Positions 22,201-35,674 of a stretch of DNA of 64,000 bases are shown piece after piece. Source of the stretch: Elephas maximus (taxonomy: Eukaryota). Made by a program: the position numbers and the translations under genes. The DNA lies in assembly GCF_024166365.1 (NCBI RefSeq), contig NC_064830.1, positions 89,204,968 through 89,268,967 of the forward strand. The letters are read 5' to 3'. The notes below the pieces were generated by a model. It was given only the letters and a program-made list of their open reading frames with translations. It was not told where the DNA came from and made no database searches. Positions within the stretch are counted from its first letter, which is position 1. Every line of letters starts with the position of its first letter.

Positions 22201-22891
22201 CTGGGGTGGGGAGAGAACATTGAGGTATGCTGCCATTTGTCCGCCCCCACCAATAACCCAGGGCTCTCAGCATTTCCTCTGGCCTGGGACACTTATGGGT
22301 TGATACTGGCCTTGTCCCAATACCTTCTCTCACAGTAACTTTCTCCGCTGCCCAGTCTCTAGTCCCCAGACAGTTCCTTAATTCTCCAGGCATGGGTGAC
22401 AGACCAAACAGTCAGGAGATGTGGGTTCCAGCCCAGGTCCTCTACCAAAGTGCTCTGTGACCTTAGACACGTCAACATGGCCTCTCTGGGCCTCACAAAG
22501 TATCCCACAACTATAAAATGAATAAGTCAAACTAGACCATTTAAGGATCTTAGGCCCCATGGATCAGTGAAGGTAACAGGGAGTCCCTCTGGTTTTGATA
22601 GCTCAAAAAACAGCTTAGGTAAACCTAACATTTACCCAACATAAAGCAACGCAGGCTTTGGGTGTGAATCATATCAGGTAACCCTGGTTATCTCACAATG
22701 ACCAGAAGCCCTGGCTGGCATTTATACATACCTTTGATTAATAAAACATAGGAAACATAACTTAATAAATAAAACCAACCTGGTAGACCAAATCTTATAA
22801 AACATAGAGTCCACTGGGCACTGGGGATGGGGGTGGGAATTCATAAATGAAGCTCTTGGTGGAGGAAGAATTGAGAGCCACTAACTGAAAA

Positions 22892-23085
22892 GAGGCTCCG
22901 GGTGGCACAAACCATTAAGTGCTCAACCACAAGCCAAAAAGTTTTTGGTGTGAACCCACCCAGAGGCACCTCAGAAGACAGGCCTTGAAAACACTATGGA
23001 GCAGTTCTACTCTGCACACATGGAGTTGCCATGAGTCGGAATTGACTACACAGCAACGAACAACCACCACCACCACCACCGAGGG
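22892..23085 (+). mobile_element. AfroSINE in a TAOK2 intron, followed by a (CCA)n tract
   Basis: tRNA-like head plus the core gagcagttctactctgcacacatggagttgccatgagtcggaattgactacacagcaac. Confidence 0.75.
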
Positions 23086-23145
23086 GTTTCTTGAGGCTCT
23101 AACAAGCTATAGCTCTAGGAAAATGCTAGGCCTATGAGCCCTTAC

Positions 23146-23227
23146 CTTTAAAAGAACCTCTGAGGTTGGCCTGTCTTGAGGGATTTTCTGAAGACAGGAG
23201 TCAACAAAATTCCGGAAGTATTCAGAC
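23146..23227 (-). CDS. TAOK2: TAOK2 exon 9 ([28 protein letters not shown])
   Basis: Manual translation; acceptor ttccag, donor gtaagg. Confidence 0.85.
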
Positions 23228-23322
23228 CTGGAAGTCACAGGTTGAGGGAAGGAAAGAAGGGCATGAGCTGGGTAACTTTAACCCATGGCCTAACCCCTAT
23301 GCCCAGAATTCCCAGTCCTTAC

Positions 23323-23416
23323 CAGTGTCCTGACTGGAGCACGGGGGACTCGTTCTGTGCAATGTGGTATAAGGCACTCATCGCATTCATGTTAAACAGT
23401 GGTGGTTTCCGTTCCG
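23323..23416 (-). CDS. TAOK2: TAOK2 exon 8 ([32 protein letters not shown])
   Basis: Manual translation; acceptor tctgtag, donor gtaagg. Confidence 0.85.
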
Positions 23417-25360
23417 CTACAGAGAAAGATCAAGGGGGGGAGAAGGTGAGAGATGGCAGGTGGGCAGGAGAGACTAGAATGGAAATCAGAAGACCTGGGT
23501 TCAAAACTCCAGCTCCCTTACTTCCTTGCTGCATGACCTTGAACAATTTCATAATTCTGTTGAGTCTCAATTCACTTATTTCTGTAACTCATCTTCCCCA
23601 TTACACATGGGGGTGGAATAAGGATCAAAAAAAAGTAATATATGCAAAAGTTCTTGATAAAGTGCTACATAAAAACAGTGTTAATATTCAGGAAACCAAC
23701 AAAGAAGGCAGAAAGCAGCACATCCAGTTAGTGGTCCAATGAGTATTTACTAGGTACCGGATGAGAGCAAAAAAAAAAAAAACAAAAAAACTGCTAAACA
23801 TTATCGGGAAGATTAACAAAAACAAGAGATAGCTTCTGCCTAAATAGGTCTAAATAAATAACATCAAGTTTACAGCATTAGTTGGCTCAAGAAGGAGACA
23901 GGTAAATGGCTTTGAAGCTGAGGGTGAGGGGTAAGCCTACAGGCTAGTACGTCTGCAGGGAATTCAGCGAGGGTCTTTTGGAAAAGGGGTTTTAGAGAGT
24001 TTGGCCTTAGATTTGAAGTTGCAAACCAGAAGCCCGTTGCAGCTAAGACACACGGTTTGTTTTATTTATATTTTTGCCCTTAACAGTGATCCTTTTTTTA
24101 GTTAGTTTCCAAAAATAATAATTAGAGAATAATAATCTAAATTTCCAGTTTCTCTTTAAAAAATTAGGTCTGGTGAACTGAAGTTTTCATTCTTGCATAA
24201 TGATGGGCTGGAACTAAACAATAGCCACCCTCTTTACACAAGAATGGCAACCTCCAGTTTGCCCCAGCCTCCTCCAACCCCCATAACATCCCAGCTGCCA
24301 TTTACAATCAGGTTTGATTCTTTCTCAACAGTTGAAAAATATTTCTCTGTACCTTGGTTTCTCCCCAAAACTGGGAATAAAATGGGCAGATCTAGGTTTT
24401 TTTTTTACATTCAGCCTCCCTCACATACTTCCATCACCCATCTGGCTCCTGCCTTACATAATAAATGTGGACAACGCAAAGGTGGAGGTGTTCAAATGTT
24501 TCACCTCAGGTAGAGGACAGGATACAAACCAAGGCAAGAAGTGGGGAAGTTCATGGCACAGACTGAGGTGGAGCTTGTGAAGGGGAGAGCCAGCCCCTAG
24601 GAAACAGACCCTTTAGTCTATTGTAAGGGAGAAGGAGCCACTGCTGTCTGAGTAGGTGGGTAAAACTGACCTTAAGTACATCTCTCTGGCATCAGCACAT
24701 AGAGTGAAGGGAGAAGAGACTGGTGGTAAGAAAGATCACTGCAGGAAACTGGTAGTAAGAACAACAATTTCTTCAGCAACTGTTTAGTTGGGGGCCTCAC
24801 AAATGTCAATGCACTAAATAGTTGTTTCCATTGTGCAAAACGGCAGACACAAGAAGCAAGGTGTCATGAAGTCACTCTAAGCCTAACTCTCTGCCCTTAG
24901 TCAGTCACTATTCTTTGCAATATGTACTGTGTTCTAAACAACCAAAGCCAGTCTCAGTTTCCCATGCCTGCTCTTACCTCTCAGTTTTTGCATATGCTGT
25001 CCTCTCTATCTGGAATGCTCTTCCCTACATTCTCCAAATAGTTAACTTACTATTTGTCGTCTGGGTCTATTTAACATCTCTGCTACGACGTGGTCTTCCT
25101 CAGCCTCCAAACTAGGCCAAGTCCCTTGTTACACTTTTTTACGACTGCTGTAACTTCTTCAGCCAGCTTTCATCACATTGAGAGAAAACATGACTGCTTC
25201 CCCAACTCAAATTTAAGTTCCATGAGGTCAGGGACTGTGTCTACCTCATTCACTACTACACCCCCAGAACCTAGCAGAGTGCATGGCACACAGTGGGCAC
25301 TCGAAAAGATTTGGAACCAGGATAGTGGACAGGAAGAGATGAATGCTACCAAATCTTTTA

Positions 25361-25702
<342 letters not shown>

Positions 25703-25716
25703 TCACTCCCACTCAC

Positions 25717-25830
25717 CAGTATGGGGTGCCCACGAAGGAGTTGGCGGGTGCCATGATGGATGCAGAGCCGAAGTCCCCCAGCTTCACCAAGCCTGGCTCC
25801 GATAGCAGGATGTTTCCAGCCTTCACATCC
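25717..25830 (-). CDS. TAOK2: TAOK2 exon 6 ([38 protein letters not shown])
   Basis: Manual translation; the kinase DFG motif is present; acceptor ctaccag, donor gtgagt. Confidence 0.9.
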
Positions 25831-25928
25831 CTGGTAGAGGCAAAGCGCAGGGATGAGACATGTGTTTCAGGAAGACTGGGCAAGGCTTCAACACCCAGTT
25901 TCCCAGAAAAAGGCTGTAGCCCAGCTTA

Positions 25929-26256
<328 letters not shown>

Positions 26257-26747
26257 CTGAGGAATGGTCAAAGGTCAGAGGTCAGCAGATCCTAGCCACC
26301 CCTGGCCCAGCTCCCTTGGGCAGACACCCAAAGCTTCCTTGCCTATTCTCCATTCAGGCACAGCCCCCAGGTAATAACAGGGAGGAAGGGCAACTAGAGA
26401 GTATGAGGGGACGATGGGAAAGGGGTGCTTGGAGCCAGTGCCTCCCCTACAAAAAGCCCAAGACGCTCACCACCACTCCCATCAAAATCCCTTCAAAGCC
26501 CCATTCAATCTCCACCTGCCCCAGCCCACATGTCCTTCTCCAGCTGCTAACAATCTATGTTACTCTTCAAGCCAGACTCTCCTTCTGGACTGAAACTGCT
26601 GCTCATGGGTTTGTCTGAGGACGAGAGCGGTCAGGGCAAGACTTCCCCCAGCAGCATCCTGAACAGGACCCACCTAGGAGACTGGACCAGGATAAGGATG
26701 GGCCAGAGTAGGGGTAAAGATCAGGCCAGGTCAGGAGGCCAGCTTAC

Positions 26748-26849
26748 CCAAGCCGTGTGTTCTCTCAGGTAACAGCCCCGGTACTGAATGGTATTGGGAT
26801 GCCGGAGTTTCTGCAAGAACCGCACCTCCTTGATGATGTCCTGCCACTT
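26748..26849 (-). CDS. TAOK2: TAOK2 exon 3 ([34 protein letters not shown])
   Basis: Manual translation; 34 codons; acceptor ctctag, donor gtaagc. Confidence 0.9.
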
Positions 26850-26943
26850 CTAGAGGGAGGTCAGGGGAGGACAGGGTCACCCAGCCTGCACCTTGAGACT
26901 GGGGTCCCCCATCCCCCACCCAGTCTTGTAGAGCCTGACCCAC

Positions 26944-27015
26944 CTCATTTGACTGCTTCCCACTGTAAGACATCTTCTTGATGGCCACCACCTCACTGTT
27001 CCGGACATCTCGGGC
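26944..27015 (-). CDS. TAOK2: TAOK2 exon 2 (ARDVRNSEVVAIKKMSYSGKQSNE)
   Basis: ORF 26731..26991; 24 codons; acceptor ttctag, donor gtgggt. Confidence 0.9.
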
Positions 27016-27181
27016 CTAGAAGACCAGTTCAGAAGGTGGTGAAGGCCCCCATTGAAAATCAGGCAGCAGGAGGACTGCTTGCCCAGGAGAATGCAGGAGA
27101 GGCTGGTGTGGTAGAGCAGAGGGGCTGCTGGGGAAGAACAGACTTTCCGCCCTCATCCCACCCTCCCAAGCCTCAACTCAC

Positions 27182-27313
27182 AAAGTACACAGCTCCAAAG
27201 CTACCATGGCCAATTTCTCGGAGGTCAGAAAAGAGCTTTTCAGGGTCATCCTTGAAGAAGAGCTCAGCTACATCAGGGTCCTTCAGGCTCCCGGCCCGGC
27301 CCCCGGCCGGCAT
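27182..27313 (-). CDS. TAOK2: TAOK2 first coding exon (ATG at 27313..27311; [44 protein letters not shown]). The 5' UTR part of this exon probably extends to about 27348, where there is an acceptor caccag.
   Basis: Kozak-like gccaccATGc; 44 codons; donor gtgagt. Confidence 0.9.
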
Positions 27314-29237
27314 GGTGGCCCCCGGGGGCCCTGAGAGTGGGGCCTGGCCTGGTGAACAGAGAAGGGACTCTTAGAGAGGAAAAGGGGCCCTCAGGTTTCT
27401 GCCTTCTCTTCTCCTAGTTCCCTGATGAGGGGGAGGCACTGCTGAGGAAGGGCAGGGGGGGATTAGAAACATGAAAGCTCCAAAAAATGAAGTTGCCCTG
27501 GCAACCAGAGCACGGGGGCCGGGTCCCTGGAGTCCCTAAAACTGCTAGGAAGGCTCTGGGAAGCTAAGCATCCTCCCTACCTTCCTCAGCCCTCAACAAG
27601 TTCCCATTTCCCTACCAACCCTGGCCTCTCCCCTCAAGAATGAAGGATTATGCTTCCCAGCCAGAGCCTCAGAGGCCCAAGTGTCCTGTCCTGCAAGTCC
27701 CATACCCCAACTATTACCAGGCACTTTCCTGTTCCTCTCAGCATGAGGCCCCCTCCTCCCTCAACCTCTCACACTCTGGAAGAGGGCAGGAAATGGCCAG
27801 GCCGGAGGCAGTGGAAATCCGGCCATTGTTACAAGTGGGTACTGGTCCAGAGGGGCCAGGAGACTCACTCTCAGAAGCGGGTAGCAACACTGTGGCAGAA
27901 ATCTAGAATGGGGAGGACAGGAATATAAATGGAACCTGGCTTTGGGGACCTCTCTGTGATCTGGGCTGCCTCACTTGTCCAGTTCAATTGCATAAACACC
28001 ACAACACAGGTATGGGGCATTTTCAATGTCCAAATAACATTTATTGATCACATATAATAAGCACTTTCCATTCATCATTCAATCCTCAACCCAACCCTAT
28101 GTGGTAAATATTACAACCCCCATTTTACAGATGAAGAAACTGGCTCAGAAAGGTCAAGTGACTTGCCCAAAGCTGGTTCTCCATCACCATGTTTTTGGAC
28201 TAGCCCTATGAGACAAGTAGGTCAGGGATCATCATCGCCATCTCACAGACGAAGTCACTGAGGCACAAGAGGAAAGATGACTTCTCCAAGGTCAGAGAAC
28301 AGGACCTTTTCCTCTCCAGTCAGTCCTGCATTCTCATTACTCTCAGTCCCCTGCCTGCAGGAAGCCTCCCCTGACCACTCCAGACCTTGGAAGAGACCCC
28401 AGGGCACCCAGGCAAGCACCCAGAGAAAGCTCCTGCAGGACTGGCTTTCCAAGGGGCTTGCAGGCCATGCTAAACACTTGTAGGAACTTAGGCTCACGTC
28501 AAGGATACAAAGGAGACTTCAGCAGAGCTGGACTCCTAGGGTAGGGTTTAAGCTACTTAAAAACACCTAACAATTTAGCATGTCATTATAGTCTATCCTG
28601 CATTGTTTCCTGTTGTGCTGTTAATTCTGACTCCTTAGCCCAATTGGAAGCTGGAGGGACTCTCTGGTGGGTTCCCAGGGTGCAAAGAACTCAGAATAGC
28701 CTGGAAGATTGATTGCCTGCCCTCAGCCCAGCTCTCAGCAGCTCCCAGGCTGCTAAAACCAAACCCCTTTCTCCTACCAGCAGCCAAGCACCCCTCACCC
28801 CCACCACACACCCACACATAAAGGCAAGTGCTCACAATTTGCCAGTGGAACCTTCCTGACCTCTCCCTCAGCACCTAGTCGGAGAATGCCAACGTAGGAC
28901 CCCAGGCCACATATAAATAGTACCACATCACACGATGGCTCTTCCTCACAATATCAATGATCATTCATTGAGCAACTACCAAGCTCTGTGCTAAATCATA
29001 ACCACCTTCTAAGATGAACAATGTTATCTTCATTCTGCAGATGAGGAAACCCAAGTCCATCTGTCTCTAAGCTACACTGCCAGTACACTCAATCAGCAAG
29101 CTACAGCAACAGAGCTTTGAGGAAGTTTCTTATACTCGGTCTTCTCTTCTGTGAAATGGGATTACAATATGGGGCTGTTTTGAGATTTTAATGAGATCCA
29201 TACTTTTTTTTTTTTTTTAAACTTAGGAGCACTTCCA

Positions 29238-29545
29238 AAAACCAAACCAAACCCACTGCTGTCCAGTAGATTGTGATTCACAGCGGCCCTATAGGACAGA
29301 GTAGAGCTGCCCCACAGTTTCCAGGGAGCACCTGGCTGATCTGAACTGCTGACCTCTTGGTTAGCAGCCATAGCACTTAACCACTACGCCACCAGGGTTT
29401 CCAAGGAGCACTTACCAAAAAAAAAAACCCAAACCTGCTGCCACTGAGTCCATTCTGACCCATAGCGACCCTATAGGACAGAGTAAAACCGCCCCATAGA
29501 GTTTCCAAGGAGCACCTGGTGGATTCCAACTGCCAATAAAAAGAA
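29238..29545 (-). mobile_element. Two adjacent AfroSINE copies in TAOK2 intron 1 (29238-29402 and 29424-29545, both minus orientation)
   Basis: Conserved AfroSINE core (ccctataggacagagta...) and an A-rich tail on the plus side. Confidence 0.8.
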
Positions 29546-30699
29546 AAAAAAATTTTTTTTTTATTGGCAGTTGGAATCCAATAGCAGACACTAAATACAT
29601 GGATTTTTCCTTCTCCACCTCCAGGGTTGCCACAACACCACTTTAATCTTTTGGGGTCATTCTACCCCAGTAACTTGGCTTTAACTGTTAAGAGACACCA
29701 CTATACCTATCGTTTGTCAAAACAGTCTTTTCAGGAACCTGGGCCAAAATCTGGGATTAGGGTAAGGATGAAGGTCACAGTAGAGAGAAAAATTCATGAG
29801 GTGGAAAAAAAGAGCCAGAGCCTTCCATTAGGATAAGCCTGAATACAGCTCTCCTGGAAAGGAAGCTCATTTCAACCCCCATTCTTAAACCTCACTCCAA
29901 CTTGTTTTCCTCTGGATCCCTTGCCAAGCCCAGGCACAGGGGAAAAGAGATGGAGCAGGGGCAAGACTTGATCCAAGACTTGGGTTCAAATCCCGATTCT
30001 GCCACTTGTGTGACCTTGGGCAACCTCTCTGGGCCTCAATGTTCTCAACTGTAAAATGGGAAAACAGTAATAAAGGGCCCCACAGGGTGAATGTGGTGGA
30101 GGAGCATATGAAAGAATGGATGTAAAACCACTTTGTAAATGGGGGACCACTAAACAAACGTGTAAGATTATTCATACCATCACAGAAAGAAGTTACAAGG
30201 TTAACTGTAGCTAAGGGAAAATACTGCCAGGCACCCCTAACACACACACATTTTTTTGCAAAGATAAGAAACCCAACCAAACCAGGCCCAAAAGCAGATT
30301 AGCAGATCCTGACCCACCATGGGGATCAGAGGCACGAAAATCAATATCCCAGAACAGTCAGGAAAGAGAAGTATAATCGTGTTAGAGGTGATTGTGAGGG
30401 GCAAAGTGAACAGAAAAACAGACCAGAAGGATGCAAACCCATATGATTAGCTCAAGCATCCTAGGTATGACCTCTGGTGACATCGGAGACCCTGTCACCT
30501 GAGGTCCCCATCAACCAGACACAATGAAGGGAAGAGGAAGGGGAAGAGGGTGGCAACAGAAGGCAAGGCTGGCCAGAGACTGACCACTGGCCCAGTTGGG
30601 CTTCCCCATCTTGAGGAGAGGACCTTCTTGGGCCCAGCTTCTCAGAAAGAAGCACCCTTTCTTAGTGCCAGACACAGGGACCCGAGCCCCTGCACCCCG

Positions 30700-31900
30700 C
30701 TTCTCACCTGGAAGGGGTCACTATGGTGCCCCAGCGCTTCCGCCTCCTCCTGGGGTCCTCCAGCGGCTCTGCCAAGCAGGGAGAGGGGCAAGGAGACCCT
30801 TCCCCTTGCCACCTCTTCCTCGGCTTTCGCCCTTCCTGAGAGGCGGGCCAGGGAAGCCCCCCCTGGAGGGGAGGGGGTGACAACCTGATCTGACCTCGCG
30901 GTCCAGTCCTCCTCCTCCTCGAGGGCGACAGTTGCTGAATCCCGGGTTTCTGATTGTGGGGGTCTGAACCCCAGATATTTGAGCGCGGGGGACTGAATCC
31001 GGTATTTGAAAGCCCGGGGATATGAACCCCGATACTGGTGACCGAGGGCCCTGAACCCCAGATATTTTAAATCCTATGAAACACAGCCCTAGGTTTACAG
31101 AGATTGGGACCTGAGTCCCGGATATCTGGAATCTGAGGGGCTGATGCCGGATATTTGAGAAGCGAGGGACCAAGCCGGAAATTCGGGACCCAGGAGCCTG
31201 AGCCTGGGTCTTCGGCTACCGACAGGGGGCCCACCCCGAGGACGTCCGGCCACACGGCCCCTCTCACGCCAGGGTTCGAGGGTGACAGCCCCCACTCTCG
31301 CTCCGGCCTCCTCCCTTTCCCCTTCTCTCTCCCGAAGACAGCGTAAAAAATTGTAGTTAAGACGCTGCCGGCGGCCCCCGCACCCTCTCTCCCTCTCCTC
31401 CTCTCCGTCTCAGCCTCCCCCGGCAACACAACCCTGCTCTCGTCCCGATCTCTCTCCCTCTTCCTCCCAATTCCAAGATGGAGACCGGGCGGGAGCGCGC
31501 AGGCGCGATAGCGACGCCGGGCCAAGTGGGCGGAGTCCAAAGTGAAACGGCCCCGCCCCCCTCCCCTTACGGTCTCGGTCAGGGAGATGGGCAGCCACCG
31601 AGTCTGCGTGCGCGCGCGCCCCGCCACGCGGACCCTGGAGGAGGGGAGAAAGCCTAGTCTTGGAAGGGGAGGAGCCCAGAACGCGGTCGGACACTGGTCG
31701 TGGAGAGAGCTGTAACGCATGCGCTCACTCCGCCTTAGCGCGGAGCTCGAGCTTGTTGCTAGGGGAAGCTTTGAGGGGGCGCTAGTGGAAGGAAAGGAGA
31801 AGCTGCGATCTGCGCTTGCGTTCAGGGTACAGGTTGGGAGGGGTAAGGGAAGCCTGCTGCTCCGCGCAGAAAAGGCGGGAAAATGGCCTGCTCTTAAGTT
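30700..31900 (-). promoter_or_regulatory. TAOK2: TAOK2 promoter CpG island and non-coding first exon. It carries an Sp1-type GC box (ccccgccccc, 31551-31560) and an NRF1-like acgcatgcgct (31714-31724). A candidate exon-1 donor cag|gtgaga lies on the minus strand at about 30708.
   Basis: CpG density. It is ~3.4 kb upstream of the ATG exon. This is inference from position and motifs. Confidence 0.5.
30935..31200. repeat. Degenerate tandem repeat array: ~8 units of 28-30 bp with core GGGRCTGAAYCCSGRTATTTGA
   Basis: Units read directly: gggactgaatccggtatttgaaagcccg / gggatatgaaccccgatactggtgaccga / gggacctgagtcccggatatctggaatctga / ggggctgatgccggatatttgagaagcga and others. Confidence 0.8.
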
Positions 31901-33045
31901 GGTAACCATCCAGCCTGGAAGTGGGCTCCCAAGTAGAGGAACCTTGGCACGTCAGTGCTGGGAAAACTCAGTAAGTCAATTCCCTTCATGAAACTGAGGG
32001 GCTGAGGATTTGCATGACCTGCCCAAGGTCACACTGCATTTATGTCAAAGCACTTCCATCTAACCCTCCCGGAATTGGCTGGAATTATCAATCTTATCCC
32101 ACAGTAAAAAACAAGACATAAAGTGGCAGAAGTAACCTATGCCCTAATCCAACCTGTATTCCACATGAGCTCACAGGAAACAAATCTCCCAAAGCACCCC
32201 AAGACTGTCAACCCTAAAATTTTCATCTCAGTCCCCAATCAACACCCAGGAACACTGGGCAAAAAAGCCTTTTATTTTTCCCCATATTCCAGCTCTTCAC
32301 TTTTTGTAACATCTCTTTCAACTCAGAACCAAGTTTCACTTTTTGTAACATCTCTTTCAACTCACAACCAAGGCCCAAGAGGTTGATTCAGACCTGGGGA
32401 AGAAAGAAAGAAAATTAAAACACAGGGCAGGTCACAGGGCCCTTAGGGAACGGTCTGGGATGATTGCAGAAATTGAGGAAGGAGAAGAGGAAATGACAAC
32501 TAGAGACAGGAGTAGGCACGTGTCCTAGTCAGGATGGCCTCAGGGCCCCAGGATCTGCCAGGGGCCAAAAAGCCTTCCTTCCCAGTTGACTCATATCTGA
32601 GAAAGGCAGAGAGGGCTCCACCACTTCCTGTCCTAAGTAGGTGGTTGGAGCAGTCAGGCCTAGCTCTGAGCAAAATGGTAAAATAAGCAAAGTTGATCTT
32701 GAGCTTCCAGTTTCTCTGGTGGAGCCCTTCACTGGGCCTGAGCTGTTTCCATTTCCCCCAATTATTTCCTGGGGCATGACAGCCAGGTGATGCTGAGAAC
32801 AGTTTAAAAGCTGGCACGTCATATATGGCTCTCAGACCATGAGACCCACCTGTCAAAATGAAGATTTTTTGCAGAAATATTTTTTCCCCTAAAAAGCTGA
32901 CACGTGTTCCCCGCCCACTGCTACTTTTGTGCGGGATCCTGTCATCAGCGCCAACTTTTTCTAAATGCAGTGATGGCTAAATGGAAAAGACAAGGCGCAT
33001 GGAAGGTGGTCAGGCACATGGTAAGGTGCCCAGTAACTGGTAGCT

Positions 33046-33051
33046 TTTATT
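33046..33051 (-). terminator. TMEM219: Candidate TMEM219 polyA signal (minus-strand AATAAA) about 800 nt after the stop
   Basis: Plus-strand tttatt at 33046-33051. Other candidates (tttaat at 33543) also exist. Confidence 0.3.
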
Positions 33052-33849
33052 ATCAAAATCATCAGTGAGATTTATTTGAGCTGTTCAAGTTGAACTGTAA
33101 AAAATTGCATCATAAAACTGGGTTATCGTGACTTTTAGGACAAAAGCAAGACAGGCATGATTCCTGTTCAGGATACATCATCAAACTTGAACCCTTTTAA
33201 TTCACCATTGTTGCAAATTAAAAAACGCGTGTGTGCGCACGTGTATAGTTCATGTATTTGTGGAATTCTGAGGACCCACGATTTTTTTTAAAAAGCTTGG
33301 ATGTACACCACAGTCACAAAAGAGTACATATTGTATGCTTGTATTTATATAAGGTTGAAAAAGAGGTAAAACTAAACCATATTGTTTAAGAATGCACACT
33401 TGGTGATAAACCATAAAGCAAGATAGTAGTTACCTCTAGGGGGAGGGAGGGTGTTGTCAGGAAGAAAGGGACAATGAGGAGCTTCTGAGCTGCTGGTAAT
33501 ATCCTACTTTTCTGCCTGAGTGGTATTTATAAGAATGTGCACTTTAATTTGCCCAGCTGTACTTGAGGTTCTGTGGGCTTTTCCACATGTGTTAAACATT
33601 TTAGAGCATAAATGTAAAAAAAGTAATAAGAAAAATGTTGAATGCTGATGGTGTAAACTGTTCCCAGGCCCAGGGACAGCTGCAGTTGAATAGGGTTCCC
33701 AGGAACCCAGAGGAAGAAACATTTGAGAATGGATGCCAAAGACCTGCTCTTCCCCAGTTATAATCGCCACCCCTAGCCCATTCCCTACTCCCAAAGGACT
33801 GTGGCAAAGAACCTCACCTGAGAACTAGGCGGGAACTGGGCCAGTGCCC

Positions 33850-33987
33850 TCAGAGCCGGGTTCTAGACCAGTGGGATTCCCGGCGTGGGTGGAAGCACAT
33901 AGCAGTGACACAACAGAGAAGGCCACAGAAGAGAAGCAGGAAGGAGCCCAAGACCAACAGCCTGGAGCCACACAGAGCCAGCTCCTC
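33850..33987 (-). CDS. TMEM219: TMEM219 terminal coding exon (EELALCGSRLLVLGSFLLLFCGLLCCVTAMCFHPRRESHWSRTRL, stop)
   Basis: Manual translation, 45/45 identical to the recalled human C-terminus. The listed ORF 33825..34058 is a different frame. Acceptor cttccag. Confidence 0.85.
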   Translation of the reverse strand, partial: EELALCGSRLLVLGSFLLLFCGLLCCVTAMCFHPRRESHWSRTRL

Positions 33988-34984
33988 CTGGAAGTAGGTA
34001 CAAGGAGGAAGGGAGGAGTGATGGAGAGAGGATGGAGCATCTTCCCTTGGGAAGACATTCTACCCCCAGCCCAAGGGATATAGAAGAAGCCACCATGAGG
34101 GAGAGAGGGCGCTCCACATCTAGAGAAAAACTAAAGAGAAAAAGTTATTTTTACACAAGGTAACATTTGTCTCAATGGTTTACAAACTGCTTTCTTGCCC
34201 ACCCCATGACTTGACTTGAGCCCCTATCATGACTCCATGAGATAGGAAAGTTCACTATCATCCACATTTAACAGATGTACAAGCAGGGTCAGATCTGGAG
34301 CCCAGGTTTTCTCTGATTCCAACCACTCATGTTCCTCACCTTTTCAACTCTCAGGAGAGCATGTGGCAGCCTCCCAACTGGTCTTCCTCCTCTGCTCCAG
34401 CCAATCTCCACCCAGCACCAGTAGGATGCCCGTCTCTGCTCCTTGAAACCCTGCAGTGGCCCCAAGGCCTGCAATGTCCACTTGTAGCATCTTAGCCTGG
34501 CATTCACGGTGCCTCACAATCGCCTCTGCAGTCTCTCCTGCCTGGTCTCCTAAGTCATTCCTAAGCTGCTCGTCATGGAGTCCCCCACAAAGGCTGAACA
34601 CTTCAATCTCTAGGCCTGTGTTCATGCTGTCCCCTTTGCCTGGGATGTTTCTCTCCTCTCCAGAACCCCCTCTACTGCATTCCCTACCAAAATCTTCCTC
34701 ATTTCTTCAAGAATCAGCCCGACTGGGCAGAACAAGCCTGGGACCAGGAGTCAGAAAATGTGGGTTACAATCCTGGCTCGGCCACTTACCAGCTGTGTGG
34801 CCTTAGGCAATTCACTCCCTCTCTCTAAGCCTGTTTCCTCATCTGTAAAATGGGATAATAAAACCTCCCTCAAAGGGTTATTTTAAGATCAAATGAGATA
34901 ATGAACCTGAAAGCACTTTGTGCATTATAAACTACTGTACACAATTCTCTTTCTTAAATGCCACCTTCTCTGTGAAGCACTCTC

Positions 34985-35215
34985 CATAAATGTCCACCCA
35001 AGCCAAACACACTGCCATTGAGTCGATTCTGACTCACAGCGACCCTACAGGACAGAGTAAAACTATTCCATAGGGTTTCCAAGGCTGTAATCTTTACGGA
35101 AGCAGACTGCCACATCTTTCCCCCTCGGAGCAGCTGGTGGGTTCAAACCGCCAACTTTTCATTTAGCAGCCAAGTGCTTTAACCACTATATCACCAGAGG
35201 TCCTTATAAATGTTC
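34985..35215 (-). mobile_element. AfroSINE in a TMEM219 intron
   Basis: ccaagccaaacacactgccattgagtcgattctgactcacagcgaccctacaggacagagtaaaactattccatagggtttccaagg... Confidence 0.8.
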
Positions 35216-35674
35216 AAGTTGGGGTTAAGTCCTCTTTACTCAGTGTTTATATAACACTCTGCTCACATCTCTATCATAGAAATTAGCCTATTCTGCCTCT
35301 TATTATAGTTTCTGAATTCCTTTGAGGCTGAGATGTTTTATCATATTTAAAGACAATATTTAATAAAATAAAAAAAATCAGCTGTCCTTTATCAAACCTT
35401 TATTATTTATCAGGTCTCGTGCTGGGCACTTTATATTCCTCCTCATCTAATCATTATTTGTTGGTATTAGGAGATAGTATCGTGTTTTCCATTTTACAGA
35501 TGAAGAAGCTGAGGCTCAGAGAAGCTAAGATGCTCGCTCAAAGGCCATACCACCTACAAGGGCCAGACTGCAAAACTGGCACTTTTTCTACTAGGCAACA
35601 CTGCCTCCTGGAGCCTCAAGGACACAGCATTCTGCATGGCAGTCTGTGAAACCCAGGCAACTGGAGGTTCTTAC

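Noticed and set aside
31067-31909. 280-aa ORF on the minus strand, with a 150-aa overlapping ORF at 30721..31173
   Set aside because: They lie in the TAOK2 5' CpG island and tandem repeat. Open frames are expected by chance in GC-rich DNA that lacks stop codons. There is no homology, and the reading follows the repeat periodicity.
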